Shown piece by piece: positions 24,600 through 39,044 of a stretch of DNA of 64,000 bases. The notes under the pieces were generated by a model that worked only from the letters and a program-made list of their open reading frames with translations, did no database searches and was not told where the DNA came from. Location: positions 14,136,001 to 14,200,000 of the forward strand of contig CM022677.1 in the NCBI GenBank assembly GCA_012295275.1. The letters are read 5' to 3'. This DNA is from Chrysomallon squamiferum. Taxonomy: Eukaryota; Animalia; Mollusca. Made by a program: the position numbers and the translations under genes. Every line of letters begins with the position of its first letter. Positions within the stretch are counted from its first letter, which is position 1.

Positions 24600-25480
24600 A
24601 ATAGCCCGAACCTTAATTCTGATGCAAACGCTACTTCTAATGATGATCTTAAAATTATTTTTCACATTATTATAACATTCATAGTAATATTTAAAATACC
24701 CTAACCGTAACCTTGAGCCCTAACTCTAACTCTGACGCTAAAGAAATACCTAACCTTCATTCTTATGCAAAGACGATTTCTAATTCTGACCCTAAAACTA
24801 TTTTCCACACTACCGTAATCCTAAGCATAACCTAAACAATAACCCTAATCTAACCTCTAACCTAATCTAACCTCTAACCTAATCTTAACCCTAACCTAAT
24901 CTTAACCCTAACCTAATCTAACCCTAACCTGCTCAACTTCTAAACCTAATCCTACCTAAGTCCACAATGTGGATTCTTATGTTAACGCTGCTCCTAATGG
25001 TGACCCTCTAATTAGTTTGCACATTATCGTAACACTGATAATAAACTTTAAATAAACATCACCTTAACCCTTACCCTAACCCTAATTTAACCCTAACTTA
25101 ACCCTAACCTTCAATAACAAGACTCTATCCCTAATACTAACTCTGATCATAAAACTGTTTTGCAGATTATCATAAGACTCAATAATAAATTTTGAATAAT
25201 CCTAACACTAACCCTAACCCTAACCCTAACCCCCATCCTAAAGCTAACCATAGCCAAACTTCTAAAGCTAATCTTACTCAAGTCCCGATCCTTGATTCTT
25301 AACGCTACTTCTAATCGTGAGCCTAAAATTATTTTCCACACTATCATAACCTCATAATAAAATTTACATAACCCGAGCCCGAACCCTAACCCTAACCTAA
25401 AGCCTAACTCCGACTCTAAAGAAGTGCCTAACTTTAATTCTTATGCAAAGTCTATTTCTTACCCTGACCTTAAAACTATT
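24600..25480 (+). repeat. Interstitial telomere-like array: ~60-bp cassettes separated by degenerate (CCCTAA)n tracts
   Basis: Many CCCTAA/CCTAA units; cassette heads at ~24616, 24759, 24973, 25135, 25295 and 25437. Confidence 0.85.
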
Positions 25481-25975
25481 ATTAAGATTACTTTATAAAT
25501 TTTACTTTATAGTCATTTGAACTGTTTAAAATACAGGGGGTGTTTTCTTGTAAGTTGGAGCAAATTTTGAGAAATGTACACCGAGAAGAAACTTTCTTAT
25601 TATTATTTTATTATTGTTTTTTTTTATCTTAACTTGTTGATACGTTTTGACTCAATGTGTGGCGTCTATGAAAACAGATAACGTGTTTTCAGTATACTTA
25701 GATAGTTAACCTGATTCAGTACTTTTATTATGTTTGACAGAGCTGTTACTTTTTCCTTGTACTGCCAGCACTACTGTTTCTGCTTTTCTTACTGTTTTTA
25801 GTATTATTGTTGTTATTTATTTATTTATTTATTTGTTAACTTGTTTATTTATGTATTTGTTTATTTGTTGTTTTTAAAAAATTATTTGCTGTTTATTAAT
25901 ATGTTTATTTATTTATTATTAATTATTTTTTGTTTTTATTTTTTCATTTGTTTACTTATTTATCTATTAAAAACT

Positions 25976-26052
<77 letters not shown>

Positions 26053-27379
26053 TATTAAGTTGACTTTGTACTAAAATAATGTTTATCTATATTTAATAAA
26101 CTTTAGTCTTGAGAAAACAGATTAGTAGGTCATGTTATCGCTAACACGTGTTTCAATAACCAGATGAACAGAGACGACACAAATTTGTACACGGGTCTTA
26201 GTAGTATTCCAACTTTCCAACATACAAACATATGATCTTAAATAAATTATTATTATTATTATTATTATTACATGAATTTTATTTCAAATATTTTAAATTA
26301 CATTAAACCAAGTGTTTCCTCTGTACCTAGTGTTATCTTGAATACAACAAAGGTTAAAGAAGATTTATTTTAAGAAGTGTTTTATCTGTGTCAGTCACGC
26401 GGTCAGCAGATTGTTGGAGAGAGAGAATCTGGAAGAGGGGGGGAGAGATAAGGGCCGTTTGACTATAACACACACGAACACACACGCACACACAAAAGCG
26501 CGCGAGCGCAGATATACACACGCATACATATTTACAGCAATACATACAAACATATGCGTGTATGTGTGTGTGTGTGTGTGTGTGCGAATTCATATTAAAA
26601 TCACACACACACATGTACTTACATGTATATATGCAAGGACAAAAAATATATTGTGTGTGTGTGTGTGTTCGTGCGTATTTGATTTAATATGAACTCTTAG
26701 GTTCAGTAAAGTAAATCGCTGTCAAGATATATGTAAGATAAAAATCATAAACGCACTGATTTGACCCGCCTTAGAAAATGAAAATAAATAAATAAATAGA
26801 CATAGATATATATTTTGTTTAAAAGCAGATCGACTGTTGAGAACTAATACTACTACTACTACTAATAATAATAATAATAATAACAACAATAGGAGTAATA
26901 ATAAAAAGCGAGAAGTAATAAAGAAGTAACACATTTTTTAATTTTAATTTTTTTTAATTTTTTTTTTTTTTTTGTATACATACGCGACACAAATGGCGGT
27001 TTCACAGAAGCAAAAGTTTTTAAAACGTTACATAATGAAATTTAACAGTAAATACAGTATAAAACTCTTTTATAACCAGAATGGTCAGAATTTAATTTAA
27101 TTTATTTTATTTATTTAATTTAATTTAATTTTATAATTGTAATTATTTGCCAACATTTAATGACAGAGAAACACATAATAAAATAAAATTAAACGAATGA
27201 ATAAATAAATAAATAAATAATAAGACCATTAAATTTGACATTAAATCTGTTGGTAATATATATGTCACACGATTAACATGCGTTCTATTGTTATTTATTT
27301 ATTTATTTATTTATTTCTGTGTGTGTGCGCGCTCATGTAAGAGTGTCTATTATTTATTAGAACTTTATTATCTCTCTCT

Positions 27380-27426
<47 letters not shown>

Positions 27427-27826
27427 AGCTGACTTTGTACTAAAGCAAATTTGTTCATCACCAGATAAGAAAGGTGAGATAACGCAGAGAACTTTAGTCT
27501 TGACAAAACAGAGTAGTAGGTCTTGTTTCGCTCACTCGTGTTTTAATAACAAGTTAACAAACTGTACACAGATAACAAATATTTCAAACTGTGATCGTAG
27601 AAATAATCGAATTTAAAAATATAGTTAATTAAAATGCAACTAAATTTTATTACATTAAACAAATGACTTTTGGCAATTTCAGACGATTTACAATTTTATC
27701 ACAATGAAATTAAAATTTACAGAACAATTTAGTTTTTACATACAACCACAGCATTAGCATTTGTATTAATATTAGCAGTGGTATAAGTAACAATAATAGT
27801 AGTAGATATAGTAGTAGTAGTAGTAA

Positions 27827-27867
<41 letters not shown>

Positions 27868-28131
27868 AGACTAGTAGTTATAGCAGTAGGGTTTGAATAT
27901 ATGTTTATATTATATTCATATAATAGTGTCTGCGTTTGTGTCTGTGTGTATATGTGATTGTATGTATGTATGTGTGTGTATTTGTATGCAGGTGTGTATG
28001 TGTGTGTATGTGTGTGTGTTTGTCTGCGTATCCTGTCTGTACTCTTATTAAATCACTGTTTTGTCAGAAAATTAGTAAGTCAGTAAAGTCATGTTATCAC
28101 TGAATCGTGTTTTAGTAATAAATTAATTATA

Positions 28132-28331
28132 NNNNNNNNNNNNNNNNNNNNNNNNNNNNNNNNNNNNNNNNNNNNNNNNNNNNNNNNNNNNNNNNNNNNN
28201 NNNNNNNNNNNNNNNNNNNNNNNNNNNNNNNNNNNNNNNNNNNNNNNNNNNNNNNNNNNNNNNNNNNNNNNNNNNNNNNNNNNNNNNNNNNNNNNNNNNN
28301 NNNNNNNNNNNNNNNNNNNNNNNNNNNNNNN
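28132..28331. other. Assembly gap (200 N)
   Basis: Run of N. Confidence 1.
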
Positions 28332-28454
28332 TATCTCTTTTACCATTCGATTGCATCCACAATGGCTCGTACCAATGTGTGCACATCTGATAACATTGAA
28401 TGTCTCTTTGATGTGCCAGTAATACTCAGGTCATGGTTGGAGGTGCAACATCTT

Positions 28455-29545
28455 ATCAACATCTTATCAACTTCTCAACATCACCACACTGAAGAATCTC
28501 ATACTTGGACAGAAGATAATAACCTTGGTATGACTTAGCTGATGATTGTTCATGTTTTGTGTTCCTGGCTTCTGGCCTGAACTGTCCCAGTGTAAACAGC
28601 GTGCCCTTGATATACAGATTATCACCATTTAACACCAGTCTTTTCCCTTGCCTTTTTGCTGTAATGTGGATATAGTAATTTTCTGCTGTCATTAATTTCT
28701 TTCAGGAATTGTTCATTAACCCTGTATGGCTTGTTTATCAGTGTTTTGGGTGCAGCTCTTCTCACTATTTATCTGTCTTTATATAAAATGAATTTAGCAA
28801 CAATAGGCCTTATATATCCATCAAACTTCTCCCCAGTTGTTCACTCTGTGAAAGTCAGTATTATTTTCTACTTTCATTTCATTTTTTCATAAACATTTTC
28901 AACTCCTTGTCTGTGTCTTTCTCTGGTATCCCACTAAAGATTAAATTGTCACACATGAAGTGAGTGTATAGGTCATTGTGTTTTTCTCTTGAGATTTTAA
29001 TTCACATATTTGTTGTGTCATACTTTTATTATTGTCTCTCATTTCATGAGTAGAACTGTTCATATCTAAGACAACAGATTTCAAATCTACAAGATTTTTG
29101 TATTCTTTCAAACTGTCAGTGAATGTAATTCATACCCTTTTCATATCTTGTACTTTTTTCTTAATATCAATCATTTTACCACTGATATCTTGTTATTTCC
29201 ATACTATTCAGTTGTTTTCAAACATGTTCAATTTTTTTCCAGTTTATCACACATTATATCTAACTTTCTAATCAAAGTATCTAATTTTATACTGACATCT
29301 TGATTGTTCACAACTGGTGAAATTAACCCAGAAAACAGACAGTGGGATCATTAGGTTTGTCTGTATTGTCCATACTGTGACTGCTGAGACTGTTGAACTG
29401 GTGTTGACTGATAAAATGGTGTAGATGAACATCTCGTTATTTGACATCCCAGAGCAGCTTGGCTAATGCTTATCCTTATTTTCTGTTCACTTTCTCCATT
29501 TTTACTCTTACATCTTCTCTTTGTTCCTTTTTGCTTTCATGTTGC
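28455..29545 (-). mobile_element. Second copy of the decayed LINE ORF1
   Basis: Near-identical to 14820-15880, with extra frameshifts and a ~28-bp segment (~29422-29449) absent from copy 1. Confidence 0.85.
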
Positions 29546-32500
29546 ATGCTCACGTATATTCAGCAATAATTTACATTGATAAAACAGATAAAATACCTTT
29601 AATACTAGTAAAGATTATATATTTTCACAGAGACATAACTTTTATTTCCACACGTGTGATCTAATGGAAGTAATGGTTACGCGTGTTGAAAACATTAAAT
29701 TATCACACAAGAAAGATCAATTCACAATTCAGTTTCAGCCTCTGAGGTATTTTGATAATTTAATTACCAAGAGACGACAATTTTTATTTTTTTTATTTTA
29801 TTTTTATTATTTTATTCTTACATGTTTTTGTTTTTTTAATGAAAGCTAATTTTCATTTTGTGTGAAATAATGTTTATTTTATTCTGTGAAATTAGTTTTA
29901 ATATGAAATTAGTGAAATAAGACTGTTGCTGAACCGGGATTTGGATTGAGTGCCAGATAAAAAAGATAGGTCATTTGGTTTTGTGTTCTGTATTTATATT
30001 GTGTTAATTAAATCAACCAATATTATAATTCATTTTGGATATATATATACTGAAGTCATATTTGGATATTATTCTTACTTCAAAATGTTTTCTTTTAACA
30101 GCCTTGAGTAACTAACAGTATTACAATATTACACTCAGAATCAATTGACAAAGTAAGAAATAATTACAGCAAGTCATTTTCATGGATAATTTCTAACTTG
30201 ACCACATATGCAATCGTAAAAGTTAATCATACAAACATTATAAATCCTTACTAATGTTGTATTAAGCTAAAACATAATGATAATGTAATCTAAGCTGTTA
30301 TAATACTGTAATTTTATTTTTAACTTCTTAAAATTATTTCAGTCGGAAAGGATTTTTTTAAATTCTGTTTACAACAGAACCAAAAAGAAACATTATATAC
30401 AAATTTCCATTATTACAGTAAAAAAATGTTTAATTCACTTTATATAAGTAACATTCAGTAACTTAATCAATTTTGTATTACATGGTCCATGAATTCATTT
30501 TTTTTTTTTTTTTTTACCCATTTATGTTAATTTTTACTTTTGCACTTTAAAAAATGTCACATTTACTTACAGCATACATATATATTTTGTTTTCTAATAT
30601 TCAAGATTGTTCATTTAATTTCAACATTATTTATTTATTTATTATGATGATGTTGACCTTATTTATGAATAATGGTGTGATGATGATAAAAACAATAGAC
30701 AACTCATTTTGGTATTTTATTTTGTAAATCACTGTTACCCCAGTGCAGTAGGTCTCCCAGCCCTGTATCAAGTACAAGGTACACACCTAGAATTGTGTGT
30801 TGCTCCTAGAGTGACAAGAATGTCATGAAAATTAGTTTTATGTTTGGTGGTGAGAAATCTACTCAAAATAATACTCAAGCAAATAATATTGTTTTGAGTT
30901 ATTAAGTGATCTGCAATTATAAAGTATAATCTTTTATTTTGTATTTTGTATTTATTACTGTTTGCATGTAACATATAAAAGAGCATTTTGAGAGATAATT
31001 TAATGTTTTCACTAGGATTTATTTATGTTTCAGTTTTTTAAGTTCAACTTTGTTTTATTCAGAGCCTGAAAGATGATCAAGAAATACTTTATTGTTATTT
31101 CATTTATGTTAATGATGTATTTTAGTAATGGATCTAGATGAGTGATTTTAGGAAATTTGTAGAACTGTTTGTTTAGGAAATTCCAAGCTTCTGTCAGCAG
31201 TTTTTCTTATTGTATGGATTGCAGCACTTTACTTATTTATTTTCACTCATGTGTTTCCATCTTATCTGGACTATAAATAATAATGGATAGCTAGAAAATA
31301 TCAACGATTTTCTTTTTCTTTAAAACAAAAAACAAAATCCCTGAGAAGGATTGTAAAAGGATATAGTATATAATATACATTATGTTTTCATTGATCAGTA
31401 ACATATGTTGTTTTGTCTTCCCACATTTTATTTCTTCATAACTTTACATTGTTATCAAAATGGTTTTACTTATTAATTATATCAGGGTTTATTAATCAGT
31501 TTTAGAAATAACAATATAGCTATTTAAATGTACTAATTCATTTTGTATTCATGCTTAAGTCAAATGTGTTCAACTGCATTTATCTTTTTTCTTCTGAGAA
31601 ATTATAAAAAGATTGTCAGGATTTTTTCAGATTAAATTAACAATTAATTACATTTAAATATTTACACTGTTTATCTTCTTTGATGATTTTATTTTTATAT
31701 ACTGATAATTTTATATAAATGTTTCATAAAGCATGCCCATTTGCTTGACATTTTAAATGATGTTAAGTTTGGCTAGTGCAGAATCAATGTAATAATGGTT
31801 TATGCACCAACAAACCTTGTAAAAATGTACATGCCAGCCTTATAGAGCAGTGAACAGAACAGTTGTATAAATTGTATGGAAAAAATACTTCTTGATAAGA
31901 CAGTGAAATGCAGTTAGAGCTCACAACAAATGCTTCTTTCACTTTATTTTATGTTTTGTTTATTAATGAATATTATATTTTGTTGTAGGATCCTAGACAA
32001 CAGATTGAAGCTGCCTCAGCCAGCACTTCAGTTGAAAATGTTGTAAGACACATTTTCAGAAAAGATTCACCAGAAAGCTATTACATCGCAGTCTTTCAAG
32101 AGAAAATCTGTCTGAAATGTAATTTGAATTTTGAAAATTTAGTGATCTCCAAGAGACTGCATTGTCAGTGTGATCAAAACATCCAGTGTACACATTGTAC
32201 TTCATAGCAGCTTGCTCTCTTTTTATCACTGAGGTGTGCTTGGTTGTTTTAATTTTGTTTGCTGAAAGAGGAATGGAGATTCATCATTGCTATGGAATGC
32301 CATCTTTGTAAGCAAGCTAAAATGAATGTGAAAGTTTTTACATACAGGTATTAATTTTTATAATCATCTTATTTTTATATTATTTAAATCAGGGGAAAAT
32401 CAGGGTTTAGCAGGGGGTAATCAGTTTTTAAATATTTTTAAAATTTTGTAGTTAGAAGTAATTAGAATTTTTTATAAAAAAAAAATACACAAAAAACATT

Positions 32501-33658
32501 TCTTCTATCTTTTTCTAAAATATTATTTAAATCAGAGGAAAACTAAAGGTTTTCTCAGGTAATCAATGTAAATATAATTGAAGATTATGTAATTAGGGGA
32601 AATCTGAATTTTTTATGAAAAAAATAAAGAAAAGGATTTTGTTTTCTTTTTATTATTTAAATCCGGAGCAATCAAGGGTTTCCTGGGGGTAATCATTGTC
32701 TAAATATTTTTAAAATTATGTAATTATTGATCTTCAAGTTGAAATTACTTAAAAACCTGAACAGATAGTCAAAGTTAAATATTCAGTTATTTCTGTTTAG
32801 ATATTTCTGCCAGTTCTTATAATTTGCCTTTCCCATTTTAGAAAGAATAATATAATTATTTCTGTAAGGAATGTTTAAAAATAGGAAATAATAATTTTAA
32901 AATGATAGAAAAAAAATAAAATTAAAAAATAAGAGAAAAAATGTACATAAATGAAATTTTTCTGAGCATTTTATAATTTGCTGTTTACATTTTCAAAATA
33001 CTCAAAAAATTAGTTCAAAAATGTGCAAATGTCTTCTAATTATTTTATAATCTGTATTTTCTCTTTAATTCAATAAACAAACTAGAAAAAAAATAAATAA
33101 AGAAATAAAGAAATAAAGAAAAGAAAAGAAAATAGCATTAATCTTTTTAAAAAAGGAAGTACAATTTGGTATTTAATATATTTCCAAGCTGCATGGAAAT
33201 TAAAGCTGATTTGTTTGTACAAAAATTCAAATTACAGATTCAAATTTTCATTTTTTATTTTAAGATATATTATAAGATTATGCAAATTCAGTACTTTAAA
33301 TATTTTTAGTAATGTTTGGAGTTTTTGCCTAACAATAAAATATAGCCAGGTTATGTTACAATATTTTAAAAAAAAGAAAATAGTATTTGTTCTTAACTGT
33401 TTTAAATCCTGACATTTGCAAATTCAAACTCATTGCATCTTATCTAAAAGCAATAATGAAAATGGAAAATATTTCTGAAATTGTTTCAATTTCTTAACAT
33501 TAAAAATGTTAAGGCACATTCAAATAATTTAAAACAAAAATAAATAAATAAAGAATAGTCTTTGCGTGTTCTTATTTTTATTATGTATATATTGATCAAA
33601 GTCTTGTGTATTTATTGTCAACTAGCAAAAGATAATCTGACATAATCATTATTTATAT

Positions 33659-33711
<53 letters not shown>

Positions 33712-34257
33712 CACTCAGTCTTTTTGGTATATTTACAAACACGTTAAAGTTATTTCCCTTAGCATTGTCAAGCTAAAATTGATTTGCTGCATTTAGACGA
33801 ATTTAGCTAATTCTTTAAAATGATTTAGAGCAAAATATTTCAATAGTACCATATATTTACTCCAACAGTGTATAAAGAGCCAATTTCCATTATTTGTTTG
33901 TTTATTTGAGTTATTATTATTACTTAATTAATTATTGTAAAATTACTGTTTTGCTAAAAACTGTTTTTATCGATTTGTCCCTTGAATAAAAACAATGAAT
34001 TTTTCATATAAATTTTGAGCAGTCAAGATCACTCTGCATGATGTTACTAATCAAACTGAAGTTTGTTAAATAAGAAATATAATTACAATAACATTTTAAG
34101 ACAAAACTAAACACCACCTTTTTAACATTGAATTCTAATATTGAATTATAGTGACATATGCCTTTAAGATTTTGTACTATGAACCCATTTTACTTTTACT
34201 GTCATAGGCTGTCATAATGACGCCATAATCAAGCAAATTAATTTTTAATTCTTTAAA

Positions 34258-34297
<40 letters not shown>

Positions 34298-37200
34298 GAC
34301 ATACATAACTTCATTTTCATTTCTTTAAAATAAAAATTACTGCAAAATTATTGTTTTAATCTGATTAATTTCAGCTATCTACAACAATTCAAAATCAAGT
34401 CAATAATATAAGAATAAATCATTAAAATAATCAAATTAATAATTCTGTTTTTTATCTCTACTTTTATATCATTTTTCTGTTCATTTTTTGAAAAAACAAC
34501 AACAAACAAAACACTTGGAACTTGTATTTATTTTTACATAAACAAGGACAGTCTTTCACATGCAGCAGTTATTTGACAACAAACACATTAACTCTTTCTC
34601 ACAGATAACATGTATGTACCAACTCATCCTTTCACATTCACATCTGTCTTTCTTTCTCTCTGTATCTATGTCTGCATCGATTTCTGCTACATACCCATGC
34701 CTCAGATAACACAAAAATTCGAATTTCCTTCAGTACACACATACACTCACACACAACTTACATATATATATATATATACCCATTTTCTTTTTCTAACAGC
34801 CAATGCATATACCCACATCTGTTCGTGTGTTTCTCTATCAATCCATAAATTCTACGCAATCTTTCTGTCGCCGCCTGCTTCTCTCCATGAACAGTCCAAA
34901 CTGTTATTATTATTATTGTTCTATCTATATCTTTGTGCATCTCGATTATTTCATCAATTTTACAGTCTACCATGTAAAAGAAGTTTCCGAGGCGAAGACA
35001 CTGTTAAATAAAAAATACAGGAAAAGATTTTGAAATAAATATAAAATATAGAATATTATTTACCCCGATTCTACATTTTGCTTTATAAACTGCGCTGCTG
35101 GATAAGCTTTAATATTTCATTGTATTAGATCACCTCTGAATATAATAATAATAATAGATAAAATATAGAATGACTGAGTGAAAATACATTAATAAGTTTC
35201 CCTTTTCCCAGACTTCTCCTTGTTTTCTTTTTATTACGTGCAAAACTGAATATCTTGGTAATTATATTCTTATTTTATAGTAGAAATATTTCCTTTCAGA
35301 AAATAGATTAATATACTTTTCTATTAACAATAGAAACAGTCAGACAGCTACCTGTCATCTGCAGAAAAATTTTCTTCTTATCAAGTTAACGCGTTTTTAA
35401 TAAAATCTGTAACTGAAAATAAAATTTTATTATTCAACTTCATCAAGGTTATCAAAATTTAGTTTAAGAAACGGCGCAATGTTGTTTTCTGTTACATACC
35501 CACATATTATTGTGAAACACGGCGCTGTATAATGTCAAAGATTTTGTATTTAACAATTAGAGAACACAGAAAAGAAAGGTGATACTGCTGGAAGAGGTTA
35601 TTAAAATCAAATAACGCCGTATAAATAGAGTAAATATTTATTTTTTATTTGTGAAAAAAAAAAGAAAACAAAAGAAAACATTTTTAGTAGGAGCGCAGTT
35701 AATATGACAGAATCGAGAATTATAGAACAGGTTAAGTGATAAAACAAAAAAAACAAAAAACTTTAATAACAACTAACATTAATGTTCATATTTCAGATAA
35801 AATAGTGCTGACGGAAATAAATTACATAACGCAGTACAAATAAAGAAAATGTCTGGATTTTTTTTTTTTTTTTTGTGTATTTCTTTTTTTTATCAATCTT
35901 AGTTTACTTGTATAAACTTTGCAAGTATTAGAAAAAAAATGCACACATTTGTTTTTCTGTCTTTTCTTTTTTTTTCTTGCTGAGTACGGTTTATAAAAAA
36001 TATTGAAACTTTTTTAAAAGCTTACGGCACAAGAGAAAACAATATTTTAGTATAAATGATATTAACAGGATCAAATACCTTTTCTGAAGACTAATACAAA
36101 ATATATATATATATATGTATTGTCTTTATGTGTAAGGGCCGTATGTAATTTTAATGACGTCAAGACTATTAAATTTTGAGTATTTTTAATTGTTTAATAA
36201 TAATAATAATAATAAAATATTATTATAGCTGAAACTCAATTTATTCATTTACACAACAGTACTCACATTAATATATTTTATTCTCAACTTGTTAATGTAA
36301 CCGTTCTGACTCTAGAAGACTGTACTTACAGATAATAAACTCTGATAGATAATAAAATGTATCTCACCTTTGTGTGTCATATAAAGCCTTTACGTTCTAC
36401 AATATTTGTTAAATAAAGAACATAGCAGCACTTGATATTACGCTGCACATCTAATTATCACTCTAATATGTTGTGTAAACCACATTAATTTAAAGCGATC
36501 AAGCATTTCACTTTAAAAAGGTTTATGTTGATTCATACCATCAGCCTGTAATTAATCTTCACTTTTTGTCTAAAAGCCTAATTTTCTATTAACTTGAATG
36601 TCACAACAGTAATTATCCTTTAGTTACTAGCAGTAGTGTAAATTAATATACTTTAATAAGATGAATCATTTTCTGCAAATTTATTTAATGCAAAGTTTAT
36701 ATTTACTGCCAGTAGATTGTTTGAATGAATACATTGAGATTTGGTTTAAACAACCTATATTTTATATCATTTTTGCGCAGTCTCAATTTACTTTTATGAA
36801 CAGTGCTCATATTACAAAATAAACGGGATATCTCAAGGTTAAAATATGCTGAAAAAGTTTTTAAAAAAGAAGAAAAGTCACGTTTTAGTCATTTATTATC
36901 AAGTTATCGGAAGCACAGAAGAGGCCACGAATATTATCACTTTTTCTGCGTAACTGTAACGAGTTAAAAATCACTCGATAATAAATTTGTCACCTAAACA
37001 GTGGTGGTGATTTTATCAGAAGCGTTTTTACAGGAAAATGTGAGAATTAATTACAGGTTTATGATGGTAACAACTGAATACAGCAAATGGATATTTCTGT
37101 TTGTCTGGTAATTTGATAATTTAATATCTGATAATTTGTTTTTATCAGTCTCAATTTAAACAATTTTTCAAAGAAAGATTTATTTGGGATCATCGTTATT

Positions 37201-37349
37201 TTCCGGCTGCCAAAACTTCTAAAATAACATTATGATGCCTGCTGAAGGACGAAGTTAGTGTCATTTTTACATCATCTTCCTCTCAGAATTTTGTTTATAC
37301 ATGGTAGAATTTTTTGATAGTGTAAAACTAATATCGTAAGGTAATTATA

Positions 37350-38230
37350 ATGCCAATACCCCCAAACCTTAATTCTTACGCAAACGCTACTTCTAATGAT
37401 GATGCTAAAACATTTTTCACATTATTATAACATTTATAGTAATATTTACAATACTCTAACCGTAACCTTAACCCTAAGCTAAAGAAATACCTAACCTTCA
37501 TTCTTATGCAAAGACGATTTCTAACTCTGACCCTAAAACTATTTTCCTCACTACCGTAATCCTAAGCCTAACCCAAACAATAACCATTAATCTAACCTCT
37601 AACCTAATCTAACCTATAACCTAACCTAACCCTAATCCTAACCCTAGCTCAACTTCTAAACCTAATCCAAACCAAGTCCACAACGTGGATTCTTACGTTA
37701 ACGCTCCTCCTAATGGTGACCCTCTAATTAGTTTGCACATTATCGTAACACTGATAATAATCTTTAAATAAACATCACCTTAACCCTTACCATAACCCTA
37801 ATTTAACCCTAACCCTAACTTCATCCTAACCCTAACCCAGACTCAATCCCTAACACTAACGAAGTCGTTAAGTTTTATTCTAATGCCAACACTAACTCTG
37901 ATCATAAAACGGTTTTGCAGATTATCATAAGACTCAATAATAAATTTTGAATAATCCTGACACTAACCCTAATCCTAAGCTTAATCCTCACCCATAGCTG
38001 AACTTCTTAACCTAATCTTACTCAAGTCCCGATCCTTGATTCATCTGCTAACGCTACTTCTAATCGTGATCCTAAAATTATTTTCCACATTATCATAACA
38101 CTCATAATAAAATTTACATAACCCGAGCCCGAACCCTAACCCTAACCTTACGCCCTAACTCTGACGTTAAGAAGAGCCTAACGTTAATTCTTATGCAAAG
38201 TCTATTTCTAACCCTGACCTTAAAACTATT
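37350..38230 (+). repeat. Second copy of the cassette/(CCCTAA)n array
   Basis: Homologous to 24600-25480. Confidence 0.85.
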
Positions 38231-38744
38231 ATTAAGGTTACTGCGGTAGATTTTGATTTTTAGTCATTTGAACTACTTAAAATACTGATTTTTTTTCTTG
38301 CAGGTTGGAGCAAATTTTGAGAAATGAACATCGAGAAAACATTTTCTTATTATTTTTTTGTTATTGGTCTTTTATCTTAACTTGTTGATACATTTTGACT
38401 GAATGTGGCGTCTATGAAAACAGATAACGTGTTTTCAGTATAATTAGGTAATTAACCTGATTCAGTACTTCTATTACTTTTGGCAGAGCTGTTACTTTTT
38501 CCTTGTACTGCCAGCACTACTGCTTCTGCTTTTCTTACTGTTTTTAGTATTATTGTTGTTATTTATTTATTTACTTATTTATTTATTTGTTAACTTGTTT
38601 ATTTATGTATTTGTTTATTTGTTTATTTTTTATTTGCTGTTTATTAATGTTTATTTATTTAGTCTTAATGTTTTTTTTCCTTCATTTATTTACTTATTTA
38701 TCTTTTCTGTTCGGGCGTGCAAATGTTTTATTTATTAAAAACTT

Positions 38745-38836
<92 letters not shown>

Positions 38837-39011
38837 AGTTGACTTTGTACTAAAATAATCGGTATCTATATTTAATCAACTTTAGTCTTGGCAAAACAGA
38901 TTAGTAGGTCATGTTATATCTAACACGTGTTTCAATAACAAGCTGAACAGAGCTGCCACGGTCATAATAGTATTCCAACTTTCCAACATATAAAAATTTG
39001 ATCATAAAGGA

Positions 39012-39044
<33 letters not shown>

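Larger units (their letters stand above)
14687..28131 (+). repeat. Copy 1 of a ~13.4-kb direct duplication
   Basis: TATCTCTTTTACCATTCGATTGCATCCAC at 14687 matches 28332; colinear matches continue to ATGTTATCAC...GTGTTTTAGTAATAAATTAATTATA at 28131 = ~41049. Confidence 0.95.

Noticed and set aside
24600-25480. CRISPR-like repeat/spacer appearance
   Set aside because: Cassettes are ~60 bp and degenerate, the spacers are telomere-like simple repeats, there are no cas genes, and the context is eukaryotic
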